A stretch of DNA of 63,844 nt, the filler included, from Chiloscyllium plagiosum (lineage: Eukaryota): NCBI RefSeq assembly GCF_004010195.1. It is 5 parts of one record of this genome, joined end to end, with 100 filler letters (N's around TTAATTAATTAA, not from the genome) between each part and the next. Parts side by side here need not be neighbours in the genome. Positions count along the whole stretch, not along the records: positions 23,308 to 52,406 come from NC_057711.1; 4 more parts are not named here. The stretch is one strand, 5' to 3'. Within the stretch, counting starts at the first letter, position 1. Each line of letters begins with the position of its first letter. Below are positions 27,148 to 40,517 of this stretch, in pieces. Under the pieces are notes generated by a model. It saw only the letters and a list, made by a program, of their open reading frames with translations, searched no databases and had not been told where the DNA came from. The position numbers and the translations under genes are program-made.

Positions 27148-27666
27148 TGTTTCAAGGGAATTTCAATTTTCAAGGGGAAGCTTGATTCTGCAAATTCCAA
27201 TTGCAAAAGTGCTGACTTCATAAAAGTGCATAGAATTCTCCATTCTATTTGTCTTTTAGGTGCAGACAAGAAAGCACAATCTAGGTTTCTATACTTAACA
27301 ATCATTAATGTGTTGCAAATAAATGCTACAGGGAAAGAACTATGCGTTGTCAACAAATAACACCCACAGTTGGCAACCTTAGCTATGGTGAACAGAGCAC
27401 TATCAAGTGTGTCAATCTGCCCACTGGACAATATTAATTAAAGATCTTTCAAAAATAACCTCAGATTATCTTTTTCAATATCTCAGAATATACTGAAAAC
27501 ACATGACTGACAGAAAGTTTAACTAGAAGCATAAAGCTTCTTCATTTTATTGTCAGTATGTGAATATAAGAGGAATATTTTAATTAAAACGTACTAAATT
27601 TTTCAAATCTCTTCCAAGTAAAATGGAAAATTCTGCTTCAACATCATCCTGCCATGTGTTCACGGG
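27148..27666 (-). pseudogene. Two exon-like segments (27595-27666 and 27148-27492) around a 102-bp intron: PVNTWQDDVEAEFSILLGRDLKNL | YILR/DIEKDNLRLFLKDL*LILSSGQIDTLDSALFTIAKVANCG...LKIEIPLK
   Basis: Donors gtacgt and gtgagt; acceptors tatttgtcag and gtgttttcag. The second segment holds ORF 27144..27431. Joining them needs one frameshift, explainable as loss of GA in a GAGA run. Confidence 0.5.
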
Positions 27667-28993
27667 CTGACAAATACACAAATGACCAAAGCTTATACTT
27701 ATTCAATGGCCAATAATTTTGTAATAAGTCGAGGTTTTCTCAGAATGTCCCTGCCGACCGATTTACGTGTGCACAATGGTTAAGTAAGAGAATTCAGAAA
27801 TATGAGGAAAAGAGAGAAATGGATTTTCAGTCATAACTCAGCCTTTAATAATAGAACAACTTCTCAGTGATGAATAGGTCTGCTACTGTTTCTAATTTAT
27901 CCCTTTCATTTTCCTTCCAATTTGATACTGTTTGCAGGAAATGGGGGGACTCTATTTTTGACTTTGTCTTAATTCAATGATTTGCCAATAGACCTCACAA
28001 ATAAGGGAGAAAATTCAATTCCACTAAGAAAGGAATCCCAGCTGACATTCCATTTCCAGCTCAATTTCATCGGTCATCTTAATGATAATGCTATGAATGT
28101 TCTGTCAGTCTCCGTGTGAGACCATATAACCATGCTGTCCATTGGCTATAGAACCAGTGTAGACCATTAAGTGGCTAATTAAAGCTTTAGCCTGCTCCCA
28201 CAGGTAGAATACCAACAATGAGGGCAGAATGTAGTTACATCAAATAGCAAACCAGCAGTTCTAGTTTGGCTGGTCTGTCAGGTTGAGAGGGGTGTTGTTT
28301 GATGGGTACCCACCTGTTTGGGCACTTTGTGCCAAATTGACCAACTCATTGATGGCAAGGGCCTCCAATCCCATTTCTTTAAATCTCTCACCTCCTTCCA
28401 GCCATCCTGACTGGCCTTGGTTAGGAGAAAGTGAGGACTGCAGATGCTGGAGATCAGAGCTGAAAAATGTGTTGCTGGAAAAGCGCAGTAGGTCAGGCAG
28501 CACCCAAGGAGGAGGAGAATCGACATTTCGGGCATAAGCCCTTCTTCAGGCCCAACATACTTGGTTTCATTGTTCCAAGGCTACTCATTATCCTGGTCCT
28601 GTCCCCCCGCAATACTGGCCATAGCCACCACTTCCATTGGCTTTGAAGAACTGCTGGCCAATCAAAGGCTTGCAGCTTTCTGGACCGGAACATTTCCCCT
28701 GTAGGACACAGAAACCTCAGCACTGACCAGGTGGGTGAAAAATTGTTTTTTAATCAGTTTGGGGATATACCGAACAGGTGTTGTCATAGGCTCTTCAACT
28801 GCTGGACAGGACCTCCACAGTGACAATCAAATTCACTGTGGGTGTGAGTGAGATCTAATGAAACCTTACATGCATTAAATTAGAAATCAATGATAAGGTG
28901 ATGGGAAGGCAACTTAAAAAGGAAATTCTACAGTCTTGGCTGATTTTTAACATTGGTGACTTAGACTTGTTTGACAAAGTCAAAAATAAATAC

Positions 28994-29097
28994 TTGGTTG
29001 GTCTGTGCCTATGACATTTTCGCACTCTTTCAAATCATATTCGTCCCTTGAGATTATGAAATGCACTTTTTGCTCTATGCTTTGAAAGTAAATGCAT
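28994..29097 (-). pseudogene. Exon-like segment: CIYFQSIEQKVHFIISRDEYDLKECENVIGTDQP
   Basis: Acceptor ttatattttgcag and weak donor gtattt; open in one frame. Phase links to neighbours not resolved. Confidence 0.35.
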
Positions 29098-31541
29098 CTG
29101 CAAAATATAATAGAGAATACGAGCTGCTGATGAAATCCTATTGCTAGCAATTCGCTTAAGGGAGAATAATTATGCTTCACAAGGGGCATGAACTACAAAT
29201 GGGATAATTAAATAGCATACAACAGCATAAAGCTGATATTAAGTAGTCCTTGCTGAAAGGGTACAATACCATAGCATGCTCCTGACGTAATTTTCCCTTC
29301 TGTTGTAAAATACACCTCCTCATCAAATAACAAGTAATTAAATCCTCAACGACAAGCACCAGACAAATTAATCAGCAGAACAGCTCAAAGCATAATTAGC
29401 CAAGCAAACTAAAATAAATTGAAACCCTTTGTATAACGTTACCACAAAAGTTCTCAATGCATGCGAACATGTCCCAAAATGCAGGAACAGAATGGTTATA
29501 ATAACCACATAATATTTGTTTCTTTTAGTGCAGAGGGAAGACATACTTGATACGTTTGGCACTTTGGTGTTTTCCTGCTCTTTATTAATGAGAAAAAAAT
29601 GATATGATGTTGTTGAGAAGATAGTCAGAACTCAGATCTTGTCCTTTGATAAGTAGTTTTTTCAACAAATGAGGTAAAATTACCTAACTTGGAAAAAGGT
29701 GACATCATAAAAATGAATGTCAGTTAGAATAAAATAGAATAGAAATTATTTTCATGTGCACTTTTACATGAAAAGTATAATGAAAAGTTTTATAAGTTTC
29801 CCCACTGCAGCATCGACAGTGAAGTCATACATAAAAATAATTTTAAAAAAGTAAAATTAAGACAAAGTTCAACACAGTTCAGTTAATGGCTCTTGGGCTC
29901 AGGGAAAGCTGATTAAATGCTTGTGCAGTGAATGAAACTGAATGGAAATAACTGATTAAGATGCTTCAGTGACATATCCATTCTTCACAACTGAGCAAAG
30001 ACTGAATAATAGCAGCTAGGCCACTGAGTTCCGACGGCTCTTCACAACTCTGCCTAGTCCCACCCAAGACTGATAATCATTCGCCCTTTCAAGTAAATAG
30101 ATATTCCTTGTTACTTTTTGTTCCTTCTGAATTCAATGCCACTGAGCTAACTCCGCATAATCTATACAGAGCAAACGTTGAACCTATCTGCAGTGCTTGA
30201 GTCAGTAGCATACCAGTAGTACACATTGCTATTTGAGACAGTAGTGTTGGCCCATAGGAAGGTAATATGTATGGCATCATATTATAGGTATGTATCCACT
30301 TGTAATGATTATCCCTGTGATCATTTACACATGAAGGTCAGATCCTTTGTGCCTAATTTGTGCTGGCTGGAATTGGCTGGCTGGAAGAAGACAGAGGGTA
30401 GTAGTTGATGGTAAAGGTTCATCTTGGAGTGCAGTTACTAGCAGTGTTCCGCAAGGATCTGTTTTGGGACCATTGCTGTTTGTCATTTTTATAAATGACC
30501 TGGAGGAGGGGCTAGCTAGTCATATAACTTATCACTGAATCACACAATGGTTGGAGCACAGGAGGTGGCTACTTAGTCTGACGTGTCTGTGTTGGGGAGC
30601 TATTCACCCCCTGCCATGCCCAGCTTTTGCCATGTAGCCTTTCACTTACTGTCCTTTCAGAGACCAATCCCATTTCGTCTTGAATGCTTGAATTGAATGC
30701 ACTCTGCCCTACTCTGAGGCCACTCATTCCAGCTCCTGACCAATTGCTGCATGAAACCATTTTTGCTCATATCACTCTCATTTCTTCAGCCAATTACTTT
30801 CAATCTGTCCTTAACATTTGCATCAATGGGAATGGGATAGATCTTGGAGTTTAAGGATGAAGAACATTGTGCATCTGTAAAGAAGCAGGAGTCGCTATAC
30901 AACCTAAGTTAGTTGCTTGTTCGTTTGTGTGTGCATATAAACCGTGCAATGAGTCTCATTTCTTTACTCAGCGAGTCGTGAGTTCATGGAATGCCCTGCC
31001 AGTAGCAGTGGTGGACTCTCCCTCTTTATGGGCATTTAAACGGGCATTGGATAGGCATATGGAGGATAGTGGGCTAGTATAGGTTAGGTGGGCTTGGATC
31101 GGGGCAACATCGAGGGCCAAAGGGCCTGTACTGCGCTGTATTTTTTCTATGTTTCTATGTTTTCTATGTAATTTGGAATTCTTAAGAATTAGTGGCATTC
31201 TGAATTTATGTTACAATTGATTTATCATTGAATCCCTACAATGCTGAAACAGACCATTTGGTCCTACAAGTCCACACCAATCCTCTGAACCCACCCAGAT
31301 CCATTCCCCTACTACTCTACATTTTCCTAACCCGCATATCCCTGAACACTATGGGCAATTTTAACACGGCCAATTCACCTAACCTGCACATTTTTGGACT
31401 GTAGGAGGAAACCAGAGCAAATCCACGCCAACATGGGAAGAATGTGCAAACTCCGCACAGACAGTCCCCTGAGGCTGGAATTGAACTCAGGTCCCTGGTA
31501 ATACAAGATAACAGCGTTAGCCACTGAGCCGCACTATTTAC

Positions 31542-31670
31542 GGTGGACTTCACGATGTTCAGTACTATTCTGAAATTTAAACACGAGTTGAACTGTTAAA
31601 TTGCTGCTTAGACTTAAACAAAAATTGAAATGTTCAGTTTCTCTAATGAATAATTGGTAAGGGTCTTCAC
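31542..31670 (-). pseudogene. 129-bp exon-like segment: (C)EDPYQLFIRETEHFNFCLSLSSNLTVQLVFKFQNSTEHREVH
   Basis: Strong acceptor tttcctcttcctcttacag and donor CC|gtaaat. Phase 1-1, fully open. The next strong acceptor, ctcctgcttctttacag (exon from 30874), also continues in phase 1. Confidence 0.55.
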
Positions 31671-31853
31671 CTGTAAGAGGAAGAGGAAACCAAATATTGA
31701 ATCCACAGTTTAAGACGTTTTGCAGCACTTAACAACATGAATGTATGAAGAAATGCAGCCAGAATACACAGCGAATTTTGGTGACAATTTAAGCTGCAGA
31801 AATAATAACACAAATCTCATTGCAAGACAATGTGTCTATTGTGTTTCAGAGTA

Positions 31854-34234
31854 CAGGTAGTTCTCCTATAGTGTGCAATTATTAAAAGCAATTTCTCTCT
31901 AATGCAATTTGTGAATTGCTGACCTTTTTTTAATAAAGCGAACTCCTGTTCACTGTCAAACGATTCTCATCCTCAGCACTAGGTGTCACGTTATGCGGAG
32001 GATTGGACGCCGCATCAGCATCACGTGATCAGTGGGCTATTTGCTTTCTCATGAAAAGTTTTGTGAAATGTTTGTGCGCGTGAACCTGGAAAAGCTTCAT
32101 GAAAATGTCTGTATAGCCCGAAGTCAAAAAGCTGGGAGCAATCTGTTAATTTAAAAACTTAGAGTTGAAATAGAGCGAAATTTCACTATAATATCCGTTG
32201 CTCCCCATGCGGTCTCTTCTACATTGGGGAGACTGGGCACCTCCTAGCAGAGCGCTTTAGGGAACATCTCCGGGACACCCGCACCAATCAACCACACCGC
32301 CCCATGGCCCAACATTTCAACTCCCCCTCCCACTCTGCCAAGGACATGGAGGTCCTGGGCCTCCTTCACCGCCGCTCCCTCACCACCAGATGCCTGGAGG
32401 AAGAACGCCTCATCTTCCACCTCGGAACACTTCAACCCCAGGGCATCAATGTGGACTTCAACAGTTTCCTCATTTCCCTTTCCCCCACCTCACCCTAGTT
32501 CGAAACTTCCAGCTCAGCACTGTCCCCATGACTTGTCCGGACTTGTCCTACCTGCCTATCTCCTTTTCTACCTATCCACTCCACCCTCTCCTCCCTGACC
32601 TATCACCTTCATCCCCTCCCCCACTCACTCATTGTACTCTGTGCTACTTTCTCCCCACCCCCATCCTCCTCTAGCTTATCTCTCCATGCTTCAGGCTCAC
32701 TGCCTTTATTCCTGATGAAGGGCTTTTGCCCGAAATGTCGATTTCGAAGTTCCTTGGATGATGCCTGAACTGCTGTGCTCTTCCAGCACCACTAATCCAG
32801 AATCTGGTTTCCAGCATCTGCAGTCATTGTTTTTACCTAGTAAAAGGGCAATGTTGAGCAGCAGTTTGAAACTTGGCTTTATTGTTTGTATTAATAGTTT
32901 TTTTCTCTTTTTTGTTTAAAAAAATGTTGACATGTTAAAGAATATCTGCAGACACATGTGAATCTGCTTCAGTGACTAATCCTTATGGTAACCAACTGCA
33001 AAAAAAATCCAGCACAGGGGCTTGGACGTGGTCAGTCAACTGCTCAGGGTGGTCAGAGTCAGGAAACTCTGCACAAAGTGGGTGAGGGAGAGAAGGATGG
33101 GTGACACACTTACTTTTGGTGCATGTGTGGAGATGTCCTGAGGGGATGAGTAAGCTGTGCAGAAGAGATTCAGGGTTAGTCAGGGTCAGATGATAACAAG
33201 GATGAAAGTGAATGGCAAAGATGTTGCAGGAAATGGTGGGTACAGTAGCAGAGACAGAGTGAATGTGAAGTATCAATGAGAAGACGGTGGAACTTTCACT
33301 GGCAGAGTGGAGAAGGTCATTGATCTTCTTCCTACATTCTGGGCATTCCTTCAGATGGATGAGACTACACTGGCCTGGATGGTAACCCTGGTCCAGGTTG
33401 GCATGGTTTCAGTAGAATGGTGTCCTCTGTTGACCTGGAAGAAAAGCACATCCTGCCTCTGTATTACCCCATCCCCATCAGCAGCACCTCCATGTCCCTG
33501 CCCACAAAGAGAGGCACCAATTTTCCATTGTCTGCCACATCCAGAACCAATATCAGGAACCATGCAGGGCAGCTCCACACTGACAGCTCTTGTCTGGGTG
33601 GCACATTATCTTTTTAAAGATGGTGCTGCACCACGGATGTTGGTCAATTCTGAGATACCCAGGAAGTGGTGAGTTGTCTTGGAAGTGGCCCATGATGTGG
33701 TGGTGCTAGAATGTGTGAGAGGGACACAAAAGGGTAGGGAAGGTAATTAATCAGGCAGGTTTTGTAAAATAAGGTGAAAGAAGTCCCCAAGCATCACAAT
33801 GTGAAACCCTCTGAAAAACTCAACAAAACTGACACTAAAGTGAAAGAAATTAAGATTCAGCCCTTAATCTATTAAGGCAGGTTTCATTTTGGGATCTGAT
33901 TTATGCTGTGTTGCCATTGGATGGGATCAGAAAACTGGCTAGAATGTCGTGCAGCAAGCTGGTGTAGTTGCCAATTGAGAGTAATCAGATGAAGATTCTG
34001 ATGAATTGCACGATACAGTACCATACAACAAGTCAGTTACAATATGTCAAGATTCACTTAGACTATGCCATTGTTTGCATTAGGCTAACTAACTCGGTTT
34101 CGATTTTTACTGATATTTTTGCTCCTTGCTCCTAACCCTGTTTTTACCCTATGCCCCATTATTTCGATTGCACGATTTTCTATAAAATGGCATTGCACAG
34201 GAATGCTGCTATGGTGTTGTAGAGGAATTACCTG
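31854..34234. mobile_element. TA-flanked TIR element relic (Tc1/mariner-pogo/Tigger-like) with nested PLE and Harbinger-like insertions
   Basis: Left TA|caggtagttctcctata; right end reverse-complemented TA|caggtaattcctctaca (13/17 identity). No transposase ORF seen. Confidence 0.6.
32990..33862 (-). mobile_element. PIF/Harbinger-like relic with decayed Myb/SANT-like ORF; second copy ~53620-55290
   Basis: Minus strand gives GVIQRQDVLF..TWTRV..RNAQ/CRKKINDLL. The second copy gives VVQRWNI..RNAHYLRKKLKVIL. Similar ends aagattcagccc and aagattcaacc. Confidence 0.55.
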
Positions 34235-34309
34235 TATCTTATCTGATAACATGGTAATCGAGATGCATTTTGCTCTTGAAATAATCCTATTTTTCTAAAG
34301 TGAACTCAC

Positions 34310-34446
34310 AGCCTTCACACAAGCTCACTGTCATAATCACAAATGTAAAATTTTCCAGAAACTAATTATCTTGCAGTAATTCTCTTGCCTTAAAAATATT
34401 TCTTGATGTATTAAAGAATGACTGTCTTCTCAAAACTGATTCACAA
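34310..34446 (-). pseudogene. 137-bp exon-like segment: (N)CESVLRRQSFFNTSRNIFKARELLQDN*FLENFTFVIMTVSLCEG
   Basis: Acceptor cttagttgcag and donor CT|gtgagt. Phase 2-1 matches both neighbours; one TAG. Confidence 0.5.
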
Positions 34447-35239
34447 CTGCAACTAAGTATTATAATAACAGTGCCTAGCCCACCATCTTTTAGTAACCTG
34501 ATAATAAGTAAGCAAAAATAATTTTAAAAGCTAAGCCAATGTTACTAGTTCTACAGTCAACATGTAGTCACTCATGCTAAAATTGGGAGAGCTGCCCCAT
34601 GGATTAGTTAAGTAACAGTGTAACATAAGCATTGTACTAGTATCATACCTTACAACAATACCCCAGATGATATTGTCACCATCCCTGGGTATGACTTGTT
34701 CTCACTGGGAGCTGGTGACAGTGGTATGCAGTCAGGAGGGTGTTGTCTTGGGAGGTCTCAAATTTGACTCTGTAATCAATAAAGCCTTATGGCTGTCCTG
34801 ATGATTACCATTTTACAAATTATGTTGTTATATAGTCATCAAAATTTATTAACATTTGAGGGCTTATGCCAAAGTTGGGAGAGCTGTTCTCACAGATTAG
34901 TTAAGCAACAGCTTGGCATGTACCTTATCATGCCCCACAGCTGTTAAATCAGTCCATTAGGAGGAACCATTGAGAGTGACAAGGGCACAAAATGTGCTCT
35001 AGGTGGGGATTCCAATGCCCATCACCAAGTGTGCCTTGGTAGTACCACTATTAATTGAGCTGGTTGAGTCTAAAGGACATTGTTATTAGACTGGGTCTCA
35101 GGGAAGTGGTGAGGGTATCAAAAGAAAAAATAAAAACCTATCTGACATTGTCTTCACTCATCTTTATCAGCTGCATTTATCATAATAGTATCAGTAAGTG
35201 TGACTCCTTCTCAGTCCTAGGAGCACAGTCCTAGAAACT

Positions 35240-36390
35240 TAGAACTTATTGGCATGAGAAGACCATTTAGGCCTTTAACCCTGCTCTACCATTCAACAAG
35301 GTCATAGGTGATCAAGTTGCGATCTTCACGCCACTAAACATTTTGCATCCATAAACTGCAACTCCCTTCTCCAACCACCATCTCTTTAACACAACTTCCA
35401 ATGAATTCAGTTACTCAGTTCTCACTACTTTCTGGGGAAGAGAATTTCACAGAATAACAGCCTCTGAGAGAAAAATATTGTCCTCATCACCATCTTAAAG
35501 ATTTTTTGACTAGTTCCCCCCATCAAGGAAGCATCCCCTGTTCTCTATCTTATCCAGCTTCTCGGGAATTTGTATGTTTCAATAACAAATAAAGACTTAA
35601 TTTGTTTGCCGTTCTTGCTAAGTCAAACCCTTAATCCAGGAGAGAATCTAGTGAATGTCTTTTGAACAGCCTGCAAAGCCAGTATATCATTTTTAAATAC
35701 GGGGACCAAAACTGTATATTGTACTCCAGGTTTGGTCTCATCAATCCTGTATGGTTATAATAGTTATCCATATTTTAAAACTTCATCCTCCTAGCAATAA
35801 AGGCCAAAATTCTATTGGCTTCTTAACTACTTGCTGCATTTTTATGCCAATGTTTTGTGTTGTACACACATGAACAGTTGAATTCCTCTGCACTGCATTT
35901 TTTCTGGAGTCTCTCTCCAGTTAAATAATGGTTTGACTTTTAATTCTTTCTTCCAAGTATTTTACTTTTCACTTTCCCGATATCTTAACTGGCATACAGT
36001 TTCCTGCTTTCTGTCTTTCTCCTTCTTGAACAAGGACATCACATTAACGGTTTTCCAATTCTTTGAACCCTCCTTGAATGCAATGAATTGTAGAATATTT
36101 CGACCAATGCTTTCACAGTCTCTACAGTCACTTCCTTTAAAATGTAAGAATATAAACTATCATGTCCAGGTGATTTGCTTACGTTTGATCCCATTATTTG
36201 TCAAATATTTTGTCCTTCATGATGATGATGGTTGTTGTAAGATCCTTCCTCCCATTAGCGCCTTGCTTATCTGTTATCATTGGACATTTACAGTGTCCTC
36301 CATGGTCAAGACTAATGCAAAATATTAGTTCAAATTGTCTGACATTTTCTTGTTTCCCATTATCAAATCCCCAATTGCATACTCCAAGGT
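35240..36390 (-). mobile_element. Old CR1 fragments (others at ~26120-26520 +, 30370-30510 +, 30960-31160 +, 41140-41570 +, 44870-45198 -, 47340-47830 -, 52620-52920 -)
   Basis: accaaaactgtatattgtactccaggt is the reverse of the LEYxxQFW motif; CR1-type 3' tails. Confidence 0.7.
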
Positions 36391-37694
36391 CCTTCAGTCC
36401 AGAGGAAGAGATGAGGTCTCAGGACTATCGCGAGTGAAAAAGGTTCATGTCCAGAGCAACAGAAGATGGTGTCTAACTGGTCTAGGGGGTTTGTATTTAG
36501 TGAGTGCATGACATAAACATGAATTCAGCTAAATAGTTTCTCGGGTTTAGATTATGGGTGGAATCCTATCAAGCTCTGAGTGACATGGGCTTTGGATGGG
36601 ATGTGTGGTAGACCAGCTGAGATGTTTAGTGAGGCCCAACACTACACCAACACCATTTCACCATATCTTGATTACTTTTCTTAAGTAGTGTAGTGACATT
36701 TTCGACAGGTAGTGGCAAGTTCCCAATTGGTACTCTTTGATGCTTGTTAATAGCCCAACTCACAACGGGTTGCAGCCCCTTACCCAACTCTCCCTACAAA
36801 CGAGATGTCATGAGAGCTCAGCAATTCTTGATGGGTTCAACTCACTGCCTGCTCAAAAAAAATGTTGAACATCGGGCACCAAAATAACAGGCCACAATTA
36901 CCCCACAGCCACAGTCATTGAATCTGAATTTTGCCAGCCTCTAAGAATCCTTAAGACACACTTCAATCGACTTACAGGATTCTTCTTTACTTCAGTGTTG
37001 AAACTCAGTATGTACCAGCAAATGTCATTGTAAGGCTTTCACCTCTGGGATCTGGGCAAGTGTGCCAACCCTAGTTCAGGCACAAACCAATGAGAGGTGC
37101 ATGTGCACGCTGACCAGATGCATATCGATTTTTTGATTATTTGTCTATTGATAGGCACAATTGTAGTTAAATGTCTTTTTGATCCGTAAAAAGCTCTTGG
37201 AGTTAACTGTTCATTAAGTAACTTTGTTTTGAGATAGACAGTTTGCCATGTAATCACTGAGCATGCTTAAATTCAGGCAAAACTCAACACCGCACCTACA
37301 CATTTATGAGCTTTGTCATTTGTAGTAACTCTTTGGCAATGACCTCTGCTCATTTCCAAAAGCAAAATGCAAAACAAGACATTGAGAGGGTGGGAATTAT
37401 CAAAAATCATTCTGCTGGTCAGGAACCTTTCCCATCACTCACATATTTCAGGGAATGACAAACAACATGTCAGGAATATTCCTTACTCATTACGATGGGT
37501 AATATGTCAGTGATCTACCAATATTACAGTTGATATATTATGTTATGGTCCAGTTAGCATTGTTTTAAGCAATGCTAAAATTTAATATTGTTCAAAAACA
37601 AAACACATATATTGTGTATAGGATGAATTAAACTCAACAAGTTGTCTTAACATTATAAGTCATCTGTGTATGTTTAGCCCTCAGTTTTACTTAC

Positions 37695-37891
37695 TTTCCC
37701 CAAGACTTAGTTTTGAAAGGCATGTTAGTTTTAAAGTTTTTACACATGTAAGAGTCAACCAAAGATAAGCTGCAGTCTTGTGGAGAATTCTGAACTCCAG
37801 TTATACTCTGGCGTAAGTTTATTTTACTAGCTCTTGAATATCGAAGCTTCACTTTCTTGTTATGGTTACTTTTCAGTACATTAGAACCAAT
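37695..37891 (-). pseudogene. 65 open codons ending at a donor: IGSNVLKSNHNKKVKLRYSR...MPFKTKSWE
   Basis: Stop-free for 197 bp in very AT-rich DNA; donor AA|gtaagt (phase 2). The 5' boundary is uncertain, possibly acceptor ttttatcacag at 38289. Confidence 0.5.
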
Positions 37892-40370
37892 CTACTTGTT
37901 GATTCCTTTTTCACAAGATCCTATGAAGATCACTATTCATTCTTTCACTAGTTGAACAAAAGCAATCTTCCAGTTTGTGCTTATTCACAAAATTCAACCT
38001 GAGATTTAAGCATTACCTGCATTTGACACAGTGGATGGAGAAGTTAGATTTTTACTCTGCTTAGAGCTTATATTTATCTAATTGACATTCATTTGACTAT
38101 CTTCTCTTCATGATTTGCAAACCAAATTGGTTCCAAACTTCAGCAAACTCTCGCAGCATTCACTTTGATAAACTGAATGCAGGTACCCTCACTAAGTTCA
38201 AGTTATGTCCATGACAACGTAGCCTGTACTTGGCTATTCTAGAACAGATCTTTAGATTAATTATCCCACATTTACAATATAATCTTCACTGTGATAAAAT
38301 AAATGTGATTTACATTCTCTCAGGGTTCATTGAACACTTCTGAACTGTAATAACCCTGAGGTGAAGCCCAAATGATCTGAAGTCAAGGCTTAGTGCAGAC
38401 TAAAGGCTGAGTGCTGGCATGGACTGGTTTGGAAGGAATGTTATTTCTAAACATTTTATTTCTTTATTTTTCTAATTTATTCTGACTATCTGATATGCTG
38501 GAAATTTTATATCTTGATTTTGAAATTTTTTTCCCCAATGAATTTGTACTTAAGAATCTGTACATAAGTACCTTTGTATCTAAGATGATGCCATAGGTGG
38601 CAACTTGTAAACTTTTCACTGTATTCATTTGAGTACGTGAGATTAAAGCTAAATCTAATTCTAATTCACAAGCTAAACATCTCTCTGGACTGCTGTTTCT
38701 TTTGCATGTGTTGTAGACATTATATGTGCATTTCTTTAGTTATGTAAGCCTACTTGTTATAGCGAGTTTTGAGAAGATTTGTAGTTCAGGTTGACGTTTT
38801 GGATGTAGATTTGCTCGCTGAGCTGCAAGGTTCATTTCCAGATGTTTCATTACCCAATGAGGTAACAAAATGTTCAGGTGAAGCAATGGTGAAAATTTTT
38901 GCCTTCTATTTATATGTTAGTGATGGGTAGTATGGGTTAGTGATGTCATTTCCTGTGGTGAAGGACTTCCTGTCCTTTTCACAGGGTTGGTAGATGGATT
39001 CTAACTCGATGTGTTTATTGATGGAGTTCTGGTTAGAATGCTATGCTTCTAGGAATTCTCGTGCGTATCTTTATTTGTTGTTTAGTATTCTCACTTTTTG
39101 AGCTGGTAACTTTTTAAGTCAACATGACCCCAATCTTTTAAGTGTAATAGGCTCTTAACTGCTTTATTTGCATTTATCCCATTTTCTACACTTAAATTTT
39201 AGTTTCTAAAACTAAAAGTGTATACTAAAAGGAGATCAGAGTCAAGGTTAGAGTGGTGTTGGAAAAGCACAGCAGGTCAGGCAGCATCTGAGGAGCAGGA
39301 AAATCGACATTTCGGGCAGTAGCCCTTCATCAGGAATGAGGCTGGGAGCCTCTTCACTTTTGCCTATTAAAAGGGAATGTCAATAAGCTCAATTGATCAG
39401 ATCGCTAGTTTGTGAACAACAGTGTGGGTTCAATTCACACACCAGCTGAAGGATTTTCCTTTTTAACCTCTCTCCTTGCTTGAGTATTGTAGCCTTTAAA
39501 TTAAACAACCACCATGTGGTTCTCTGTAATGAGAGAGCAGTCCTCCTTTGACATTTTGATACTAAAACGCATGAACCATGAACTGGATATTCACAACAAT
39601 TGTAAAAGTGGCGGCATTTGAAATGCACTTCATACTTCATTGACTGTAAATCACTTTAAGGTGATCTGAGGGTGCTGAAGGTGCTATGTAAATGTATGCC
39701 TATTCTTTCCTGCAGCACCTTACAACACAAACTTGGAAATTGATACATATGTAATCTAAGAGATATTTTATGTTCAGATTTCTCTGTTTGGTAATTTTGG
39801 CAAAATGACCAGCAAGTGCCTAAAACACTTACGTTTCCAGTTTCACAAGAAATAATAAACAGAGGGGACTTCACAAATGAGTGTGTGCTGTTGCTACACT
39901 GAGTGATCTGAGTAATCCTAGGTCATTCATATATTTTCCATTCAGTTAATTGAGAAATTTAACCTCATGGGTCATATTCTAAACACCAGAGTGTCAAGCT
40001 TGACTTTGTGTTCTATACAAACTGCTTTTACTAAGAATTCCATTATCTAAAATATTCCCTTCCATTATTGAGCTGGCGTAACCATATTGAGGAAAATAAC
40101 CCATCTGTTAATGTGCTTGACAGCATTTCTCATTGCATACTCACAAGTGAAAAGTCTGGACTTTCATTCTGCATTATCTAGTGCACTTTATTATACATCT
40201 GGCTGCATAGTTCTGCCAAATTTTTATTTCAGGAGGTTAGGTTTCAACAGTTCAGAATAAAATTAATTAGTTCAAATGTCTGGATTCTACCTACAAAACC
40301 TAATGCTGCCAAAGTCAGATGTTTGTTTCGACTAGCCAGAAAGCAAATTTCATTTATTTACATATGTTAC

Positions 40371-40517
40371 TTATATTAATTGTTCTTTTTTCATTATTTT
40401 GCAGTTTTTCCCCTCATGTCATTGATATTTCTTCGATTGAAATTGTGGAATGTTGCCTAACTATGCCTCAGGAGAACTTACTTGGATTGACTTCCTTTTG
40501 TATTTTCTTTTGATCCT
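40371..40517 (-). pseudogene. Exon-like segment: (K)DQKKIQKEVNPSKFS*GIVRQHSTISIEEISMT*GEKLQNNEKRTINI
   Basis: Acceptor ctttgttcag, phase 1. Two possible phase-1 donors: gtaagt at 40481 (36-bp stop-free form) and gtaaca at 40370 (147 bp, two TGA). Confidence 0.5.

Noticed and set aside
29529..29672. Plus-strand exon-like segment (tcttttag...GAG|gtaaaa) as the missing MPDZ exon
   Set aside because: No PDZ similarity and two stops in its best frame. It also shows that single splice-like pairs arise by chance.
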